A stretch of 64,000 nt of DNA, from NCBI GenBank assembly GCA_937625935.1, contig OW569354.1:310001-374000 (forward strand), written 5' to 3'. The translations under genes and the position numbers were made by a program. The notes beneath the pieces were generated by a model, which was given only the letters and a program-made list of their open reading frames with translations, was not told where the DNA came from and did no database searches. Below, in pieces: positions 1-10,789 of the stretch (the stretch's first letter is position 1; each line of letters starts with the position of its first letter). This DNA is from Tetramitus jugosus. Lineage: Eukaryota > Protista > Heterolobosea.

Positions 1-1272
1 GATACCGTCGTTCCTCTCTTCGAAACGGAATAGCTCCTGTCGATATGCCAAGTGGAGAGTTAGACACAATCTGATTGCATGTTTGAGTGGTGATCTTCTA
101 CATACCCGAATACAATTAGATGATTCTTTAAGCATGGAAACAACTGTCCCGTCTGTAATTGTCTTCTCAGGTTTTGCAGGATGACCAGTTGATTTAGAAG
201 TTGCAATGATAGAATCTAGAAGTAACAAGTGAAACTGAGAATCAATCAAGAATTCGCTGACTTTTGAAATGGATTCTTTTTGAAGAAGTCGTGAAACAAA
301 CCGAGCTATATCTGCTACTCTCTGTGAGGTTTCATGTTCTGACAGTTGTCTCAGAGTGACTATGGTTTGATAGAAAGAACTCTCCTCATCATACCTTGCA
401 TACTTGGTCAGAGTGGCAATAATCTTTTGAGAAATGAACTGAACAGTGTCTAACTCTTCATCTGATTGCTGTGCAGCCACCAGAGCAATTATAATCAACT
501 CTTGAATTTCGAGTTGCACATGAGTGTCCTTATGAAACAAATGAGGAAACAATGAATTGATAGCTTCTCTCTTCGCTAGTTGTCCCATATGATGGTTTTT
601 TGCAATACCTTTCAGGATAAAACAAGATATTAGGATGGGTGTTGGAAGCTCGATAGTTCGGATGAGGTCAATGAGGCTCTCGATGGCGTTTGGAATAATA
701 CCCCTATTCGACTTAAAGCCTATTAGCTCATAAATATGATTAAGGAGCTGAAATCAATCACTTACCTCTAATAGGGATAGATATAATGAACGGCATAGTT
801 GTTCACTTTCGTCATCAATCATCAATCTCATACTTTGAGCCAACATCTTTAGTCCATTGTTTGTACAAACGAGCTCAACATCCGAACTATTACCAGAACT
901 TGCAATTTTGTGAAGAATCTGCAGAACAATCTTCTGTGCCTTTTTTTGGCTCTGCTTAGTCGGTTGCATCAGGAGCACATCGAGTAACACAGTGGCCCCA
1001 CCGACATACAAAAATTGAGTATGACACATCTGATCTCTTAAAAAGAGCTGAAGCACAAGTAGTTGTAAGTCCAAACTATTTCGATCATGCATGTAGTTCA
1101 TTCGAAAGAATGCGGAGACTCGGGCGAAAATTAACATCATTTCAGGGTAGAGTTGTGCTTGAAATTGATGCAGTGGCATATTCTCGAGTTTGGAATAGAA
1201 GTTCTGTAACATCTTAATTCGATGCCTAACACTCACTCTATCCCACTCTTTCGTGTCGAACATTGAAGACAT
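1..1272 (-). CDS. Armadillo-like helical domain protein (ARMH1/C1orf228-like), 3' part runs off the window; intron 720-765
   Basis: MSSMFDTKEWDRVSVRHRIKMLQNF...LIFARVSAFFRMNY...FLYVGGATVLLDVL resembles the ARMH1 N-terminus as recalled. A GTAAGT donor at 765 and TAG acceptor at 720 keep the frame open toward base 1. It may be spliced to the upstream ORF. Confidence 0.6.
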
Positions 1273-1362
1273 TGTGTGTTTTGGAGATCTACGTTTGGCA
1301 CCTGTCCAAATAAATAATAGTTTATTGTTTTCATTGATTTGTAAATTTGTGAAAAGTTCCAA

Positions 1363-4300
1363 TTAAGTTGGAGCTCCTGTGCTCTCCTCACCTCCTACAT
1401 ACAGGAATCCGTTCCGGTTTCTTTCTTCCATGATCTGTCTCTTCTTCTCTTCCCATTTTCTTTTACTTTCCTCTTGGTGTTTCATCATTCTCTCTGCACT
1501 TTGAGCTTTGGTAACAGTGTGTTTAGGTACAATCGGGCTTGTAGTTCTTCTTCTCAATTGTTTTGTAATTGAGTGTGAGTTTCTCAATACAGATGCTAAA
1601 TCTCCTCGAAACTCGGGGGCTTTTCTCTGAATGTTCTTTTTGTATCGAAACTGTTTGATGCCCAAATAGAGCTTCACCATTAAACCAGTAATAGATTTAC
1701 AAAGATATTGAGTATTTCTCTTCATTCTTATTTCATCATTTTCTCCATCAATCACATATGTTTGTAACTCTCTCAAGTACTCTCTATTGGATACGTGTTT
1801 TGTTTTGTCTCTATCATTCCTCTCTTGAGGTGAGAGAGTGTCCCCTTCGTTGATAGTGTCCTCTTTTGGATCATCGAGAGATATTCTCCTTCGATTTCTG
1901 TCCAATCTCCGATTTAACTTCGCCCAATCGGATACAAAATCTTCGTGTGAGTAATTCTTCTCGCCAGATTGATCGGAATTGATGAAACTATTCAAAAACT
2001 CGTAGTACTTCCTGGTTCTTGTATGCATATGAAAGATCAGCTCAATCATGACTTCCTTCTCTAAGATAGTCCGATGCAGTAATGCCTTCAGTTCTTCATT
2101 ATCATTCTCCAGATCAACTTCAGCAAGTAGCTCTTCGGCACATTTTTCTTCATCTTTGTTAAATAGGTCTGTTCGGTGTCGCTTGACAGGATGTGTGCTT
2201 GATACCTCTATCTCTTTCCCAGCAGTATCAATCTCAACTCCTTTTAGAAGCTTCGGTGTGGAAATGATATCTAACATTCGAGAACCCTGTTTGTTCATAA
2301 TTGAGTCAGAGTTTTCTCCTTCATTTCTTCTCCTTCTACTTCCTTTTGACCTGATTCTAGTTTCCCCATCAATCTCGCTACCAAAACTTTCTCTCTTGTC
2401 TCCAACCCTTTTCTCCTCCGTTGGAAGATTAATCTGTTTTAAATAGTTAATCTGTGCTTTCAATTCCTGATTCTGATTCTTGTAATCGCGTACTTGAATT
2501 TCTAGTCTATTAAGCTCCTTTTCCATCTTTTTGCTCCGCGTTTGTTGTGTATTTTCATCTCTTCCTACTAACGGTGGACTGCCCGATTCGATTAGATCAC
2601 TCCTCTTTGACGGACTGTGTTCGATTTTCTGTTTTTCTCTTACCTGTCCTCCTGCTATTTCTTTCCTGCTTTTTTCATCTTTCACTTCCTTCATGTTGTT
2701 GGTTTTAGAAGCTTTAGAGATTGTCCTACTCCCCCATGTCTTCTTTCTTGCTGCACTCAAGGATTGTCTTATGGGAGTGATACTTTCTATTAATTCCTCC
2801 TTTTCTTTGGCTTCGGTCTTGGTTGAATTGGAAACTAGCTCAAATTCTTGCCTACTGATCTTCTCACTTACATCTGTAAGTTCTTCAATCTCCTTCCTAA
2901 GAGATACTATAAGTTCTCTCTGATCGACAGTGGAGTCACCTTTTCTCTGAGGAAGGGAACCTGTAAATCTCGTAGAATCATTAAACATTACTTCATCTTG
3001 CTGTGATTGATCATTAGGAGTGTAGTTGTTTTTTTCTCTCTCCAACTGTTTTATCTTCTCCATCAAAGTATCAACCTTCAATTGTAGCTGAAGTTCTGAG
3101 GGAGTTAATATCTCCCCATCTCCTTTTCTCCCTCTTGAGTTACTTTTCTCATAACCAGCACTCTCGTTTTTAAGAAGTTCTGATACTGATGATGTCTCTA
3201 CCGAGCTCACGTTCTCTTCTTGGTGTTTTGGGGGTTTTGTACTTTCTAGCCCAAGATCCTTCGAAGATATCATTTCTTCCTGGTCCTTCTTTCCGACTAT
3301 TGGCTCCAGATTTCTATCAATCTTCCCTTGTCCTTCTGTGTATATGTGTATTTCAACAGGATTCGTGTCTTGAACAAAGGAAAGGACCTCCTTCTCCGCT
3401 TCCACTTCTCCTGAATATTGTAAAAGTGTATCGACTGACACCGTGGAGGGACTATCCGTCGTCTCAGTCATCTTTGTGGTATGAATAGGTTCAGTTTTAA
3501 CTTCTTTTCGACAACCCCTCGCGGCACTTGTTGATCTATTGCCGGTTAAAATGTATTCAACATCTATCAACCTTTCAATCTCGGGCACTTTCACTCTGGA
3601 AGTTACTCCATCTAGTACTTTCCTCTGGTCATGATACAATTCTTTGTAATTCTCTATCCTACTCAATAGATCTTTTTCCTTATCCAACAATCTCTTCACA
3701 GCCTTTTCTTTCTCTTTGTACTTCACCTTAAAAACTAACAGGGCCGTATTAGCTTCATCAATGTCCGTTATGGCCTCTCCCAGATTTTCTTCGACTGATC
3801 CGAGGCGCTCCTGAAAACCTTCAAGAAACACTCTTCTGGTCTCCACTCGAAGAGAATCATCATTCTCAATAATGTTCATTCTCATCTTTAAATCTCTGTA
3901 TGTATGAAATATTTCGTTCAATCTGTCCCTGACAGTTATCAACTTGGATTGAACATTCACAATCGGTGTTTCAATCGAATGAGAACTCATATCCCTCTCT
4001 AGATCTGCCATCTCTTTCTTAACGTCTTCCTCAGTTGACTGAACTCCATGTTTTTCTATCCAACTCTTAAGGTTCTGTAGTATTGCCTTTCTGTCATGAA
4101 GTCTAGAATCCAAAATCTCCATTATATTATTCCATTTGTTCGTACTTTGTTTAATCACTCCATCCTTGGTGACTTGATTTCGATAAATTAGTTCAGATAT
4201 GTCATCATTGTCCAGGAATTCATGTAGCTCGTTTCTATTCATTGTTTGTTCGTAGTTATGAAGTACCTGATCAATTCTCAGTAGGCCGTCAACTATTTGA

Positions 4301-5028
4301 TGTTTATGCTCTTGTTTTTGTTTAACTTTTTCTTGGATCTTTTGGATCCTGTACTTCTCAGCAAGCTCGGGCAATAGCTCTTTTCGAGTTATCTCCCTCA
4401 AACGTATCATTTCTCTCTCCACTTCAGTCTCGATTTGATCATACTCTGACTTAGATATGTTAGATTTGGGTATTTCGACCCCAATGTGTTCATCCTCTAA
4501 TGTTTGACGAAGTAGCGAAGATTGAGGACGATAAGGTTCTCTGAATGTGTCGTCATCATCTACAACTGAAAAATTGAACTCATTGAGTTTTCCCTCCGAT
4601 ACTCCAGTGTTTTGAAACTCTTCTGAAGCATCTTCATCTCCAAACAACTCCTTAAAGCTGAAAGATCTCTCCATTGATCTCTGTTCGGTGGAAGACAAAT
4701 GGTCAAAGGAATATGACCTATCTTTCGGCCTTACATCTGCTGACGTATGTCTTCCATTTGAAGAATGTCTCTGATGAGATGGAAAATGTCTAGAACCTTT
4801 ATTGAGACTGGAGAGCGCAGGAAGCTTCTCCATCGTGTCCTTCCTCGTTCTCTCGCTCAGTTTGTTGGGAGAGATATCATACGCTGAATAAACACTCTGA
4901 TTCGGACTTAAACTCTCTCTTTTATTGTTTCTAATGGGTGATTTAAGGAGAGTTATGGAGGGAGAACCATGAGGAATCGAAGTTCTTCTCGACTCTGCTT
5001 CCTCTAGGAGCTTCCTATTCCTTCGCAT
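1363..5028 (-). CDS. Large charged coiled-coil protein of unknown function (1221 aa ORF)
   Basis: Long ATG-initiated ORF with E/K/R-rich heptad segments; no domain recognised. Confidence 0.7.
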   Translation of the reverse strand: MRRNRKLLEEAESRRTSIPHGSPSITLLKSPIRNNKRESLSPNQSVYSAYDISPNKLSERTRKDTMEKLPALSSLNKGSRHFPSHQRHSSNGRHTSADVRPKDRSYSFDHLSSTEQRSMERSFSFKELFGDEDASEEFQNTGVSEGKLNEFNFSVVDDDDTFREPYRPQSSLLRQTLEDEHIGVEIPKSNISKSEYDQIETEVEREMIRLREITRKELLPELAEKYRIQKIQEKVKQKQEHKHQIVDGLLRIDQVLHNYEQTMNRNELHEFLDNDDISELIYRNQVTKDGVIKQSTNKWNNIMEILDSRLHDRKAILQNLKSWIEKHGVQSTEEDVKKEMADLERDMSSHSIETPIVNVQSKLITVRDRLNEIFHTYRDLKMRMNIIENDDSLRVETRRVFLEGFQERLGSVEENLGEAITDIDEANTALLVFKVKYKEKEKAVKRLLDKEKDLLSRIENYKELYHDQRKVLDGVTSRVKVPEIERLIDVEYILTGNRSTSAARGCRKEVKTEPIHTTKMTETTDSPSTVSVDTLLQYSGEVEAEKEVLSFVQDTNPVEIHIYTEGQGKIDRNLEPIVGKKDQEEMISSKDLGLESTKPPKHQEENVSSVETSSVSELLKNESAGYEKSNSRGRKGDGEILTPSELQLQLKVDTLMEKIKQLEREKNNYTPNDQSQQDEVMFNDSTRFTGSLPQRKGDSTVDQRELIVSLRKEIEELTDVSEKISRQEFELVSNSTKTEAKEKEELIESITPIRQSLSAARKKTWGSRTISKASKTNNMKEVKDEKSRKEIAGGQVREKQKIEHSPSKRSDLIESGSPPLVGRDENTQQTRSKKMEKELNRLEIQVRDYKNQNQELKAQINYLKQINLPTEEKRVGDKRESFGSEIDGETRIRSKGSRRRRNEGENSDSIMNKQGSRMLDIISTPKLLKGVEIDTAGKEIEVSSTHPVKRHRTDLFNKDEEKCAEELLAEVDLENDNEELKALLHRTILEKEVMIELIFHMHTRTRKYYEFLNSFINSDQSGEKNYSHEDFVSDWAKLNRRLDRNRRRISLDDPKEDTINEGDTLSPQERNDRDKTKHVSNREYLRELQTYVIDGENDEIRMKRNTQYLCKSITGLMVKLYLGIKQFRYKKNIQRKAPEFRGDLASVLRNSHSITKQLRRRTTSPIVPKHTVTKAQSAERMMKHQEESKRKWEEKKRQIMEERNRNGFLYVGGEESTGAPT

Positions 5029-5308
5029 TGGTAAATCAAGCGAATATCAAGCCATAAACAACTCCAATCTCTTGGTCTGCATCCACCTTTTTTGAACTTT
5101 TCCCGCTCTCCCTGTAGGACTGTAAACAAAAATACTCCGTATCCCACCCAACATCCTCCACGCAATGCAGGTCTCACATGTCAGGCCGAAGTGTACATGA
5201 TGTTCTTTTTCCCTACAATCATTGAGGAAAAAAAGCAAAAAAAACACAAGGACGAACACAACAAAAACAACAAAACCATCAACCGCACAACCATCATCAC
5301 ACAACACA

Positions 5309-6121
5309 ATGGGAAATCAAAATTCTGGCAGCAACAAATTAAAAAAACAAGAACTGAGAAAGCTTGTTGAAGTCACTCACTTTGACATTGAAGAAATACA
5401 AAAATTGTATGAACAATTCAAGAGTATCAGCAGCAGCAGACAAGATGACGGTGTCATTGACAAGTCAGAATTTCAACAGGCACTTGGATTGAAGGACTCC
5501 TTGTTCGTTGACCGAATGTTCTCCTTGTTCGATGCCGACACTGATGGCAACATTGACTTTAGAGAGTTTATTTGTGGTTTGTCCGTGTTTTGTGAGAAGG
5601 GAACGATTGATGAAAAGTTAAAGTGTATGTGTGAAGTGTGTGTGTGTGTGTGTGTGGAAGATAATCATTATCATCTCTTCCACGCACACACAGTTTTCTC
5701 TGTCTCGCTTGTTTTTTTTTGTTGTGTTTTTTTTTTGAGAGCTCTCGTCATTGTTGTTGTGAACAATCATATGTCTGACAAAATGTGAATATGTATATAT
5801 GTGTGTGTGTGTGTGTGTGTGTATGTGTTTACTCTTGATTCGTGTATTGTAACAAATACAGTCTCCTTCCGTATTTATGACTTTGACAGAGATGGTTGCA
5901 TCTCAAAGGAAGAATTGTACAAGCTATTGGAAGCGTCCTTGGTTGAGAATTCATTGGGCATTCCACAAGAACAGTTGGGATCATTGGTCGATGCTACATT
6001 TGCAGAGGCAGACACTGACGGTGATGGTAAGATTTCATTCGAAGAGTACAGAGTTCTAGTCACCAAGCACCCTTCAATGATTGGAAACATGACTATAACC
6101 ACCAACATCAAGAAGAACTAA
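5309..6121 (+). CDS. Calcineurin B-like (CBL-type) EF-hand calcium sensor; intron 5625-5861
   Basis: MGNQNS myristoylation-type start; EF hands ISSSRQDDGVIDKSEF, DADTDGNIDFREF, DFDRDGCISKEEL and DTDGDGKISFEEY. Removing the GT..AG intron restores KLK-FSFRIYD. Confidence 0.9.
5635..5828. repeat. (TG)n microsatellites inside the CBL intron
   Basis: GTGTGT runs at about 5636-5655 and 5800-5822. Confidence 0.85.
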
Positions 6122-6458
6122 AATATACATACATATCTTACAATAAGTATATGAGTGAGATGATCGAGACAATAGGTGACTTGGCGAACATTGACTCTGT
6201 GAACATAATTTTTCTGTAAACAATAAGCTTCGAAAACAACACCCATTCAATACTTTCAAAACAAAAGCGACTGAATTTTTATGTACATAACAATTTGGTA
6301 CCTTCAGTATATCCATTCATCCTCGTCGTTGATGTCGTTTTGTAGCATGACATTTATGCAATTGATTGCATTCATATTTATCCTTAATCTTATCATTAGG
6401 GAATCAAACCATTCTAAAAATTAATTAAGCTGAATTTGGGCTCGCAAGTGCGCATAGT

Positions 6459-8168
6459 TTAGAATTCGTATCCAACAACATTGACTGCACCCTTTGACAG
6501 GTCGAGTTTGCTGGTGATATCGTTTCTCAACTCGTCCTTGCTGGTTGCTTGCAACTCAACATGACATCCATTCAATGCAGATTGCACAGTCTCAATGTTA
6601 GAGACGACCTTTGATCTCTTCAATGGACCAACAGCATTGGTCCAAGTGATGAAAACATTCTTGTACGATCTTCTTGTTTGTTCCAAGACAGTCACCTTAT
6701 ACACTGCGTGAACAGCTTCGCCGTCCTCCAATGAACTCAAGAATGATTCTAGTCCTTGACCAGCAGTCTTAAGCTTGAGTTGATTTCCTCCCTGTGGCTG
6801 ATTATAACCGAGAATGATCCAATTGGTGGACTCATTGCTGACATTGACCAAGTCGTTGAATCCATCGAACACGGAACCGTTCAACTCTAGTGCACCAACC
6901 TTGACAGATGAGGAAGCAGAAGCAGTTGGAGAAACTGGAGCAGCTTGTTGCTTCTTTCTTTGTTCTTGCAGCTTCTGTTGTCTCTCCTTTTCAACTCTTT
7001 CTTTTTCGACTCTCTCCTTTTCAATTCTCTCCTTTTCGACTCTTTCTTTTTCAATTCTTTCTTGTTCAACTCTCTCCTTTTCGATTCTCTCTGTCTCTTC
7101 TCTCTCGATTCTTTCCTTTTCGACTCTCTCTTGTTCGAGTTTTTCATTCTCTAGTCTTTCAGCCTCTGCAATCTTTCTTTGTTCTTCTTCTGCAGCAGCC
7201 TGTTGTTCTGCTTCTTGTCTCTTCTTTTCCTCCTCTGCAGCAGCTTGTTGTTGTTGTTGTTCTTGTTCATCAACAGATGGTGATTGTTCTTCCACAACTT
7301 GCTCTTCGACTGCTTGTTCTACAACTTGTTCCCCAACAGCAACTGGTTCGCTCACCTGCTCAACAGCTTGTTCAACAGCTTGCTCTTCAATGACTTGTTC
7401 TTCAACAGCTTGTTCTTCAACAGCTTGTTCCTCAACAGCTTGCTCCTCAACTTGCTCCTCAACTTGCTCAACAGCTTGTTCTTGAACAGCTTCGATTTGT
7501 TCTTCAACGGCTGGTTCAACAACTTGCTCTTCGACAACTTGTTCAACAGCTTGCTCTTGAACAGTTTCGGTTTCAACTGGTTGTTCCTCAACAACCTTTT
7601 CTTCAACGGATTCTTGTTGTTGTTGTTCTTCAACAGCTTCTTCTTGAACAGATTGCTCAACAGCAGGTTGTTGTTCTTCAACAGTGTCTTGTTGTTGTTC
7701 TTCAGCTGGTTGCTCAGTAGATTGCTCTGGCTCAACAACTGTGTTTTCTTCAGCTGGTTGTTCTTGTTGCTCTTCTTCGACAACAGTGGTAGCTTCAACT
7801 GGCTTTTCTTCTTCTTGTTGTTGAGTAGCTGCGACTGGTTCTTCTTCTTCCTTTGCTTGTTCGACAACAGCAGCAACTTGCTCTTCAACAGCTTGTTGTG
7901 GCTGCTCAGTAGCTTCGACAACAACAGTTGGTTCAGGTTGCTTCTCCTCTACAGATTTCTCCGCAGTAGGTGTTTTGGCGCTGGATTTCTTGTTGTTCTT
8001 CTTCTTTCTTGGAGTTGTGCTGCCATTGTTGTTGCTGGCACTGGTGTTGGATTGTTTGTTAGTGTTTGAGAAAGAGGCAATAACACTATCAAAATCCTCT
8101 TGGTCTTGCTTCTTGTTGTTCTTCTTTGTGTTGTTGGTGTTGGATGTACCGGACTTTTTCTTTGCCAT
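6459..8168 (-). CDS. Coactosin/ADF-H domain protein with long acidic E/Q/V repeats and KERVE/KERIE charged repeats
   Basis: C-terminal NESTNWIILGY...GQGLESF...KNVFITW...GPLKRSKV is ADF-H/coactosin-like. The middle has EQAVE repeats and single-alpha-helix-like EK/ER repeats. Confidence 0.8.
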   Translation of the reverse strand: MAKKKSGTSNTNNTKKNNKKQDQEDFDSVIASFSNTNKQSNTSASNNNGSTTPRKKKNNKKSSAKTPTAEKSVEEKQPEPTVVVEATEQPQQAVEEQVAAVVEQAKEEEEPVAATQQQEEEKPVEATTVVEEEQQEQPAEENTVVEPEQSTEQPAEEQQQDTVEEQQPAVEQSVQEEAVEEQQQQESVEEKVVEEQPVETETVQEQAVEQVVEEQVVEPAVEEQIEAVQEQAVEQVEEQVEEQAVEEQAVEEQAVEEQVIEEQAVEQAVEQVSEPVAVGEQVVEQAVEEQVVEEQSPSVDEQEQQQQQAAAEEEKKRQEAEQQAAAEEEQRKIAEAERLENEKLEQERVEKERIEREETERIEKERVEQERIEKERVEKERIEKERVEKERVEKERQQKLQEQRKKQQAAPVSPTASASSSVKVGALELNGSVFDGFNDLVNVSNESTNWIILGYNQPQGGNQLKLKTAGQGLESFLSSLEDGEAVHAVYKVTVLEQTRRSYKNVFITWTNAVGPLKRSKVVSNIETVQSALNGCHVELQATSKDELRNDITSKLDLSKGAVNVVGYEF

Positions 8169-8551
8169 GGTTTCAAATGTTTATTGTGATGAAATAGAGA
8201 TGTTGATTTCTGGGTTTAGTTTGTTTGTTTGTTTTCCAGGCAAAGGAGCCGTTGTGTTTGAGCTGTCATGTGACAATCGAGAGTGTACCACGGTGATGTG
8301 TGCAAGTGAAGCACGAATCTCATCCCACACTAGGTGGATACGGACAACCATTTTGTGAAAAAAACTGTTCGAGTCCGACAGAAAAAAGTTTGATGGATGA
8401 CAGGCTCACTACTGCGGATGCGGAGCTTGGCTCGAAGAAGTATCTCAATTTGTTTACTGTGTCAGCTGACAGGTGGTAGGCAGCAAAGACGTTGAGCTCA
8501 CGACATCAGAGTAGTGGCTCTAAAATACATTGGGTAAAGTTAGTTTCGAGA

Positions 8552-8968
8552 TTACTGTGTTGAGGAGGAATTCAACAAGGTGGACTTTAGTTTTTCGAGC
8601 TGAGCCAGCGTAGCTTTTGTCGTTTCATTGGATTGGCTCATTGTTTGCAAATGCTTCTCCGTTGAGAAGTGAGTGCTCGTTAGTTCTTTATGGATGAACT
8701 CTAGTTGATTGATGGCTTGATTTGTATGGGTTACGTGCGGTTCCTTGACTGCAAAATTTCTCGCAGTTTTCAAAATGTATTCCTAAAGTTTTTGGAGGGA
8801 AAAAAATGAGTTGCAGGTCTCGGAGAAGCAAAGAAAATTGTGGATACAAACGTCATGCATGGCTCCATGTAGCATATTCTTGATCAAATTCCCACATTCA
8901 TCAACAATCAATTTTGATTTGTCATATAGGTCATACCGAACTCTTTCAGTTGCATCGCCCGTGCTCAT
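8552..8968 (-). CDS. BORCS7-like small coiled-coil protein (about 115 aa); intron 8783-8851
   Basis: Two ORF fragments join in frame over a GT..AG intron to give ...LIKNMLHGAMHD/EYILKTARNFAVKE..., which resembles the BORCS7 K-VL-GS...ELL..AARN...E pattern as recalled. Confidence 0.55.
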
Positions 8969-9032
8969 TTTTTTTCTGTTGTTTTTTCACTCCGACCAAA
9001 GACAAAATTGAAGTTGATCATGCAAAAATCAA

Positions 9033-10298
9033 ATGATGAAACAAACCAACAACAACAACAAAAAGAAAGAGTCATCTACACGACAAATCAATCAAATTGT
9101 TGTTCATTATGAAAGCTCTGAGCAATTAGCCCAACTGCAACAACTCATCTCTCAAACAATACTTTCACGATGCAACCTCTTGTTTCATCAATCATCATCA
9201 GATGACAACAACAATGATGATGAAGCACCAGACGAAAGAGAAGAAGACAAAAACGAGAACAATAGTGATGAAGCACAAAATTTGAAGCGAAAAAAGAAGA
9301 AGAAGAAGCAACAAAAACAAAAATCATTTGCAAAGTTTCAACACTTGGTCAACGAAATGCAAACGCTGGTCATGTTTCACAAGAGATATGAGAGGATATT
9401 GAGATGCGACGCGTTCATGATTAAGGCTCAAAAACTGATTCGCAGATTTAACAAGTATCGGAGTGAGATGGAGTCGGGTGTTTTGAACCGTGTTTCGTCA
9501 CTTGTATCACAATTTGAGTTCTCATCGAGCAATGTTTTGTCTTTTCAATTGACTTCTTCAATGAGTGAGCAACCGCAACAAAAGAGTGTCTCGAGTGCTG
9601 AACTTCAAACGATACATGGTGCCATTCATGGTGTTCTGCTCTATTTCTTGCAAATTGCTCAAATGATTGAGCAAATGAGAGGTGATGTATGGGAGACGAG
9701 CCGTTACTTGTTTAATGAGCTCTCTACGTTTCACAAGACGACATTTGTGAGAAGTTCTATATGTTTGGCTTGCATGGCCCGTATTCATGCAGTTCTCTGC
9801 GAATATAGTTTTGAGCTGAACGAATGTTACAATGTGTTGGTCCATGTGTTGTCACTTCTGCCGAAACAAAAAGATGTGATGAGTTATCTCAAGGGAAAGC
9901 AGAGCATTGTTTACAAGTATACTACCGCTGCAAATGATACATTGGATGGATATAACATACACAAGGATCAATTAGCTAAATATCTGAATTGGGACGCAGA
10001 GGAAGGAAAACAAATCACACGCCGATTGGATCGTTTTCTATTGTCGCATCAGGAATCTAGCTCTATCAAAGCTGCAGAACATGATGAAGAGTTAGCGACG
10101 GAGGGTATGCACAACAATCCTGATCCGTCGACGCAGCATGACAAGAACCACCCAGATCAAGAAAGCCAGGTGAAGAAAAAGGAATCAAAGAGAACTTCAC
10201 ACCAAAAGGACGAAGAAATCATGACAAACCAAAGCACCAAAAAGAGAAAGGCAACGAGTCAAACATCCTCCTCCAACAAGAAGAAGCGTGCCACATAA
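9033..10298 (+). CDS. Hypothetical nuclear protein, possibly NEPRO/DUF4477-like
   Basis: 421 aa ATG ORF with basic NLS-like tracts. The helical core only loosely resembles DUF4477, so the family call is weak. Confidence 0.5.
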   Translation: MMKQTNNNNKKKESSTRQINQIVVHYESSEQLAQLQQLISQTILSRCNLLFHQSSSDDNNNDDEAPDEREEDKNENNSDEAQNLKRKKKKKKQQKQKSFAKFQHLVNEMQTLVMFHKRYERILRCDAFMIKAQKLIRRFNKYRSEMESGVLNRVSSLVSQFEFSSSNVLSFQLTSSMSEQPQQKSVSSAELQTIHGAIHGVLLYFLQIAQMIEQMRGDVWETSRYLFNELSTFHKTTFVRSSICLACMARIHAVLCEYSFELNECYNVLVHVLSLLPKQKDVMSYLKGKQSIVYKYTTAANDTLDGYNIHKDQLAKYLNWDAEEGKQITRRLDRFLLSHQESSSIKAAEHDEELATEGMHNNPDPSTQHDKNHPDQESQVKKKESKRTSHQKDEEIMTNQSTKKRKATSQTSSSNKKKRAT

Positions 10299-10464
10299 AA
10301 AACTCACTTGTTTCTTGCTGTAAAATAGTAACAAGCGTTTTATAAGTTGTCCACATTGATTCAACGGCGATGACAAAATGATGGCTCCCAACCCAGAGAC
10401 ATTACTAAAAAAATATACAAATGAAATGCGTTTTCAACCAAAATTGATCATTAGATATATGTAT

Positions 10465-10789
10465 TTAGTGTTGAGCCTTCTCTTCAGTCTTTTCTTCAGG
10501 TTGCTTCTTTGGTCTTGCAATAAGGTAACCAAGCAAAGCATACCATCCCATAAAGTACAATGCACCCTATTTTTTCAACAACAAAAAAAAATTTGGTCAG
10601 TGAACTGTTGTGTGGTTTCCAATGTTTTTTTGTGATCACAATGATGTTGAAGAAACATACATATTCGTGCTTGCCCTTGTCTGCCAAAACTCTAGCAGGG
10701 TAGTATGGGTTCAAGTACTTGACGTAGTTTTGAATTCCAGTGTTTAGGTAGATTTTCTTGGTAGCTCCCAAAAGGTCCTTGATGTTCAT
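10465..10789 (-). CDS. 76-aa single-TM protein resembling ATP synthase subunit DAPIT/k; intron 10567-10660
   Basis: A GTATGT..TAG intron gives MNIKDLLGATKKIYLNTGIQNYVKYLNPYYPARVLADKGKHEY/GALYFMGWYALLGYLIARPKKQPEEKTEEKAQH*. Confidence 0.6.

Noticed and set aside
6814-8069. Several long overlapping ORFs around the coactosin-like gene
   Set aside because: Shadow frames of low-complexity repeats.
8467-8490. CAGG...AGCA resembling SRP RNA helix 8
   Set aside because: The intervening bases do not form the required stem and GNRA loop; kept only as an unassigned hairpin.
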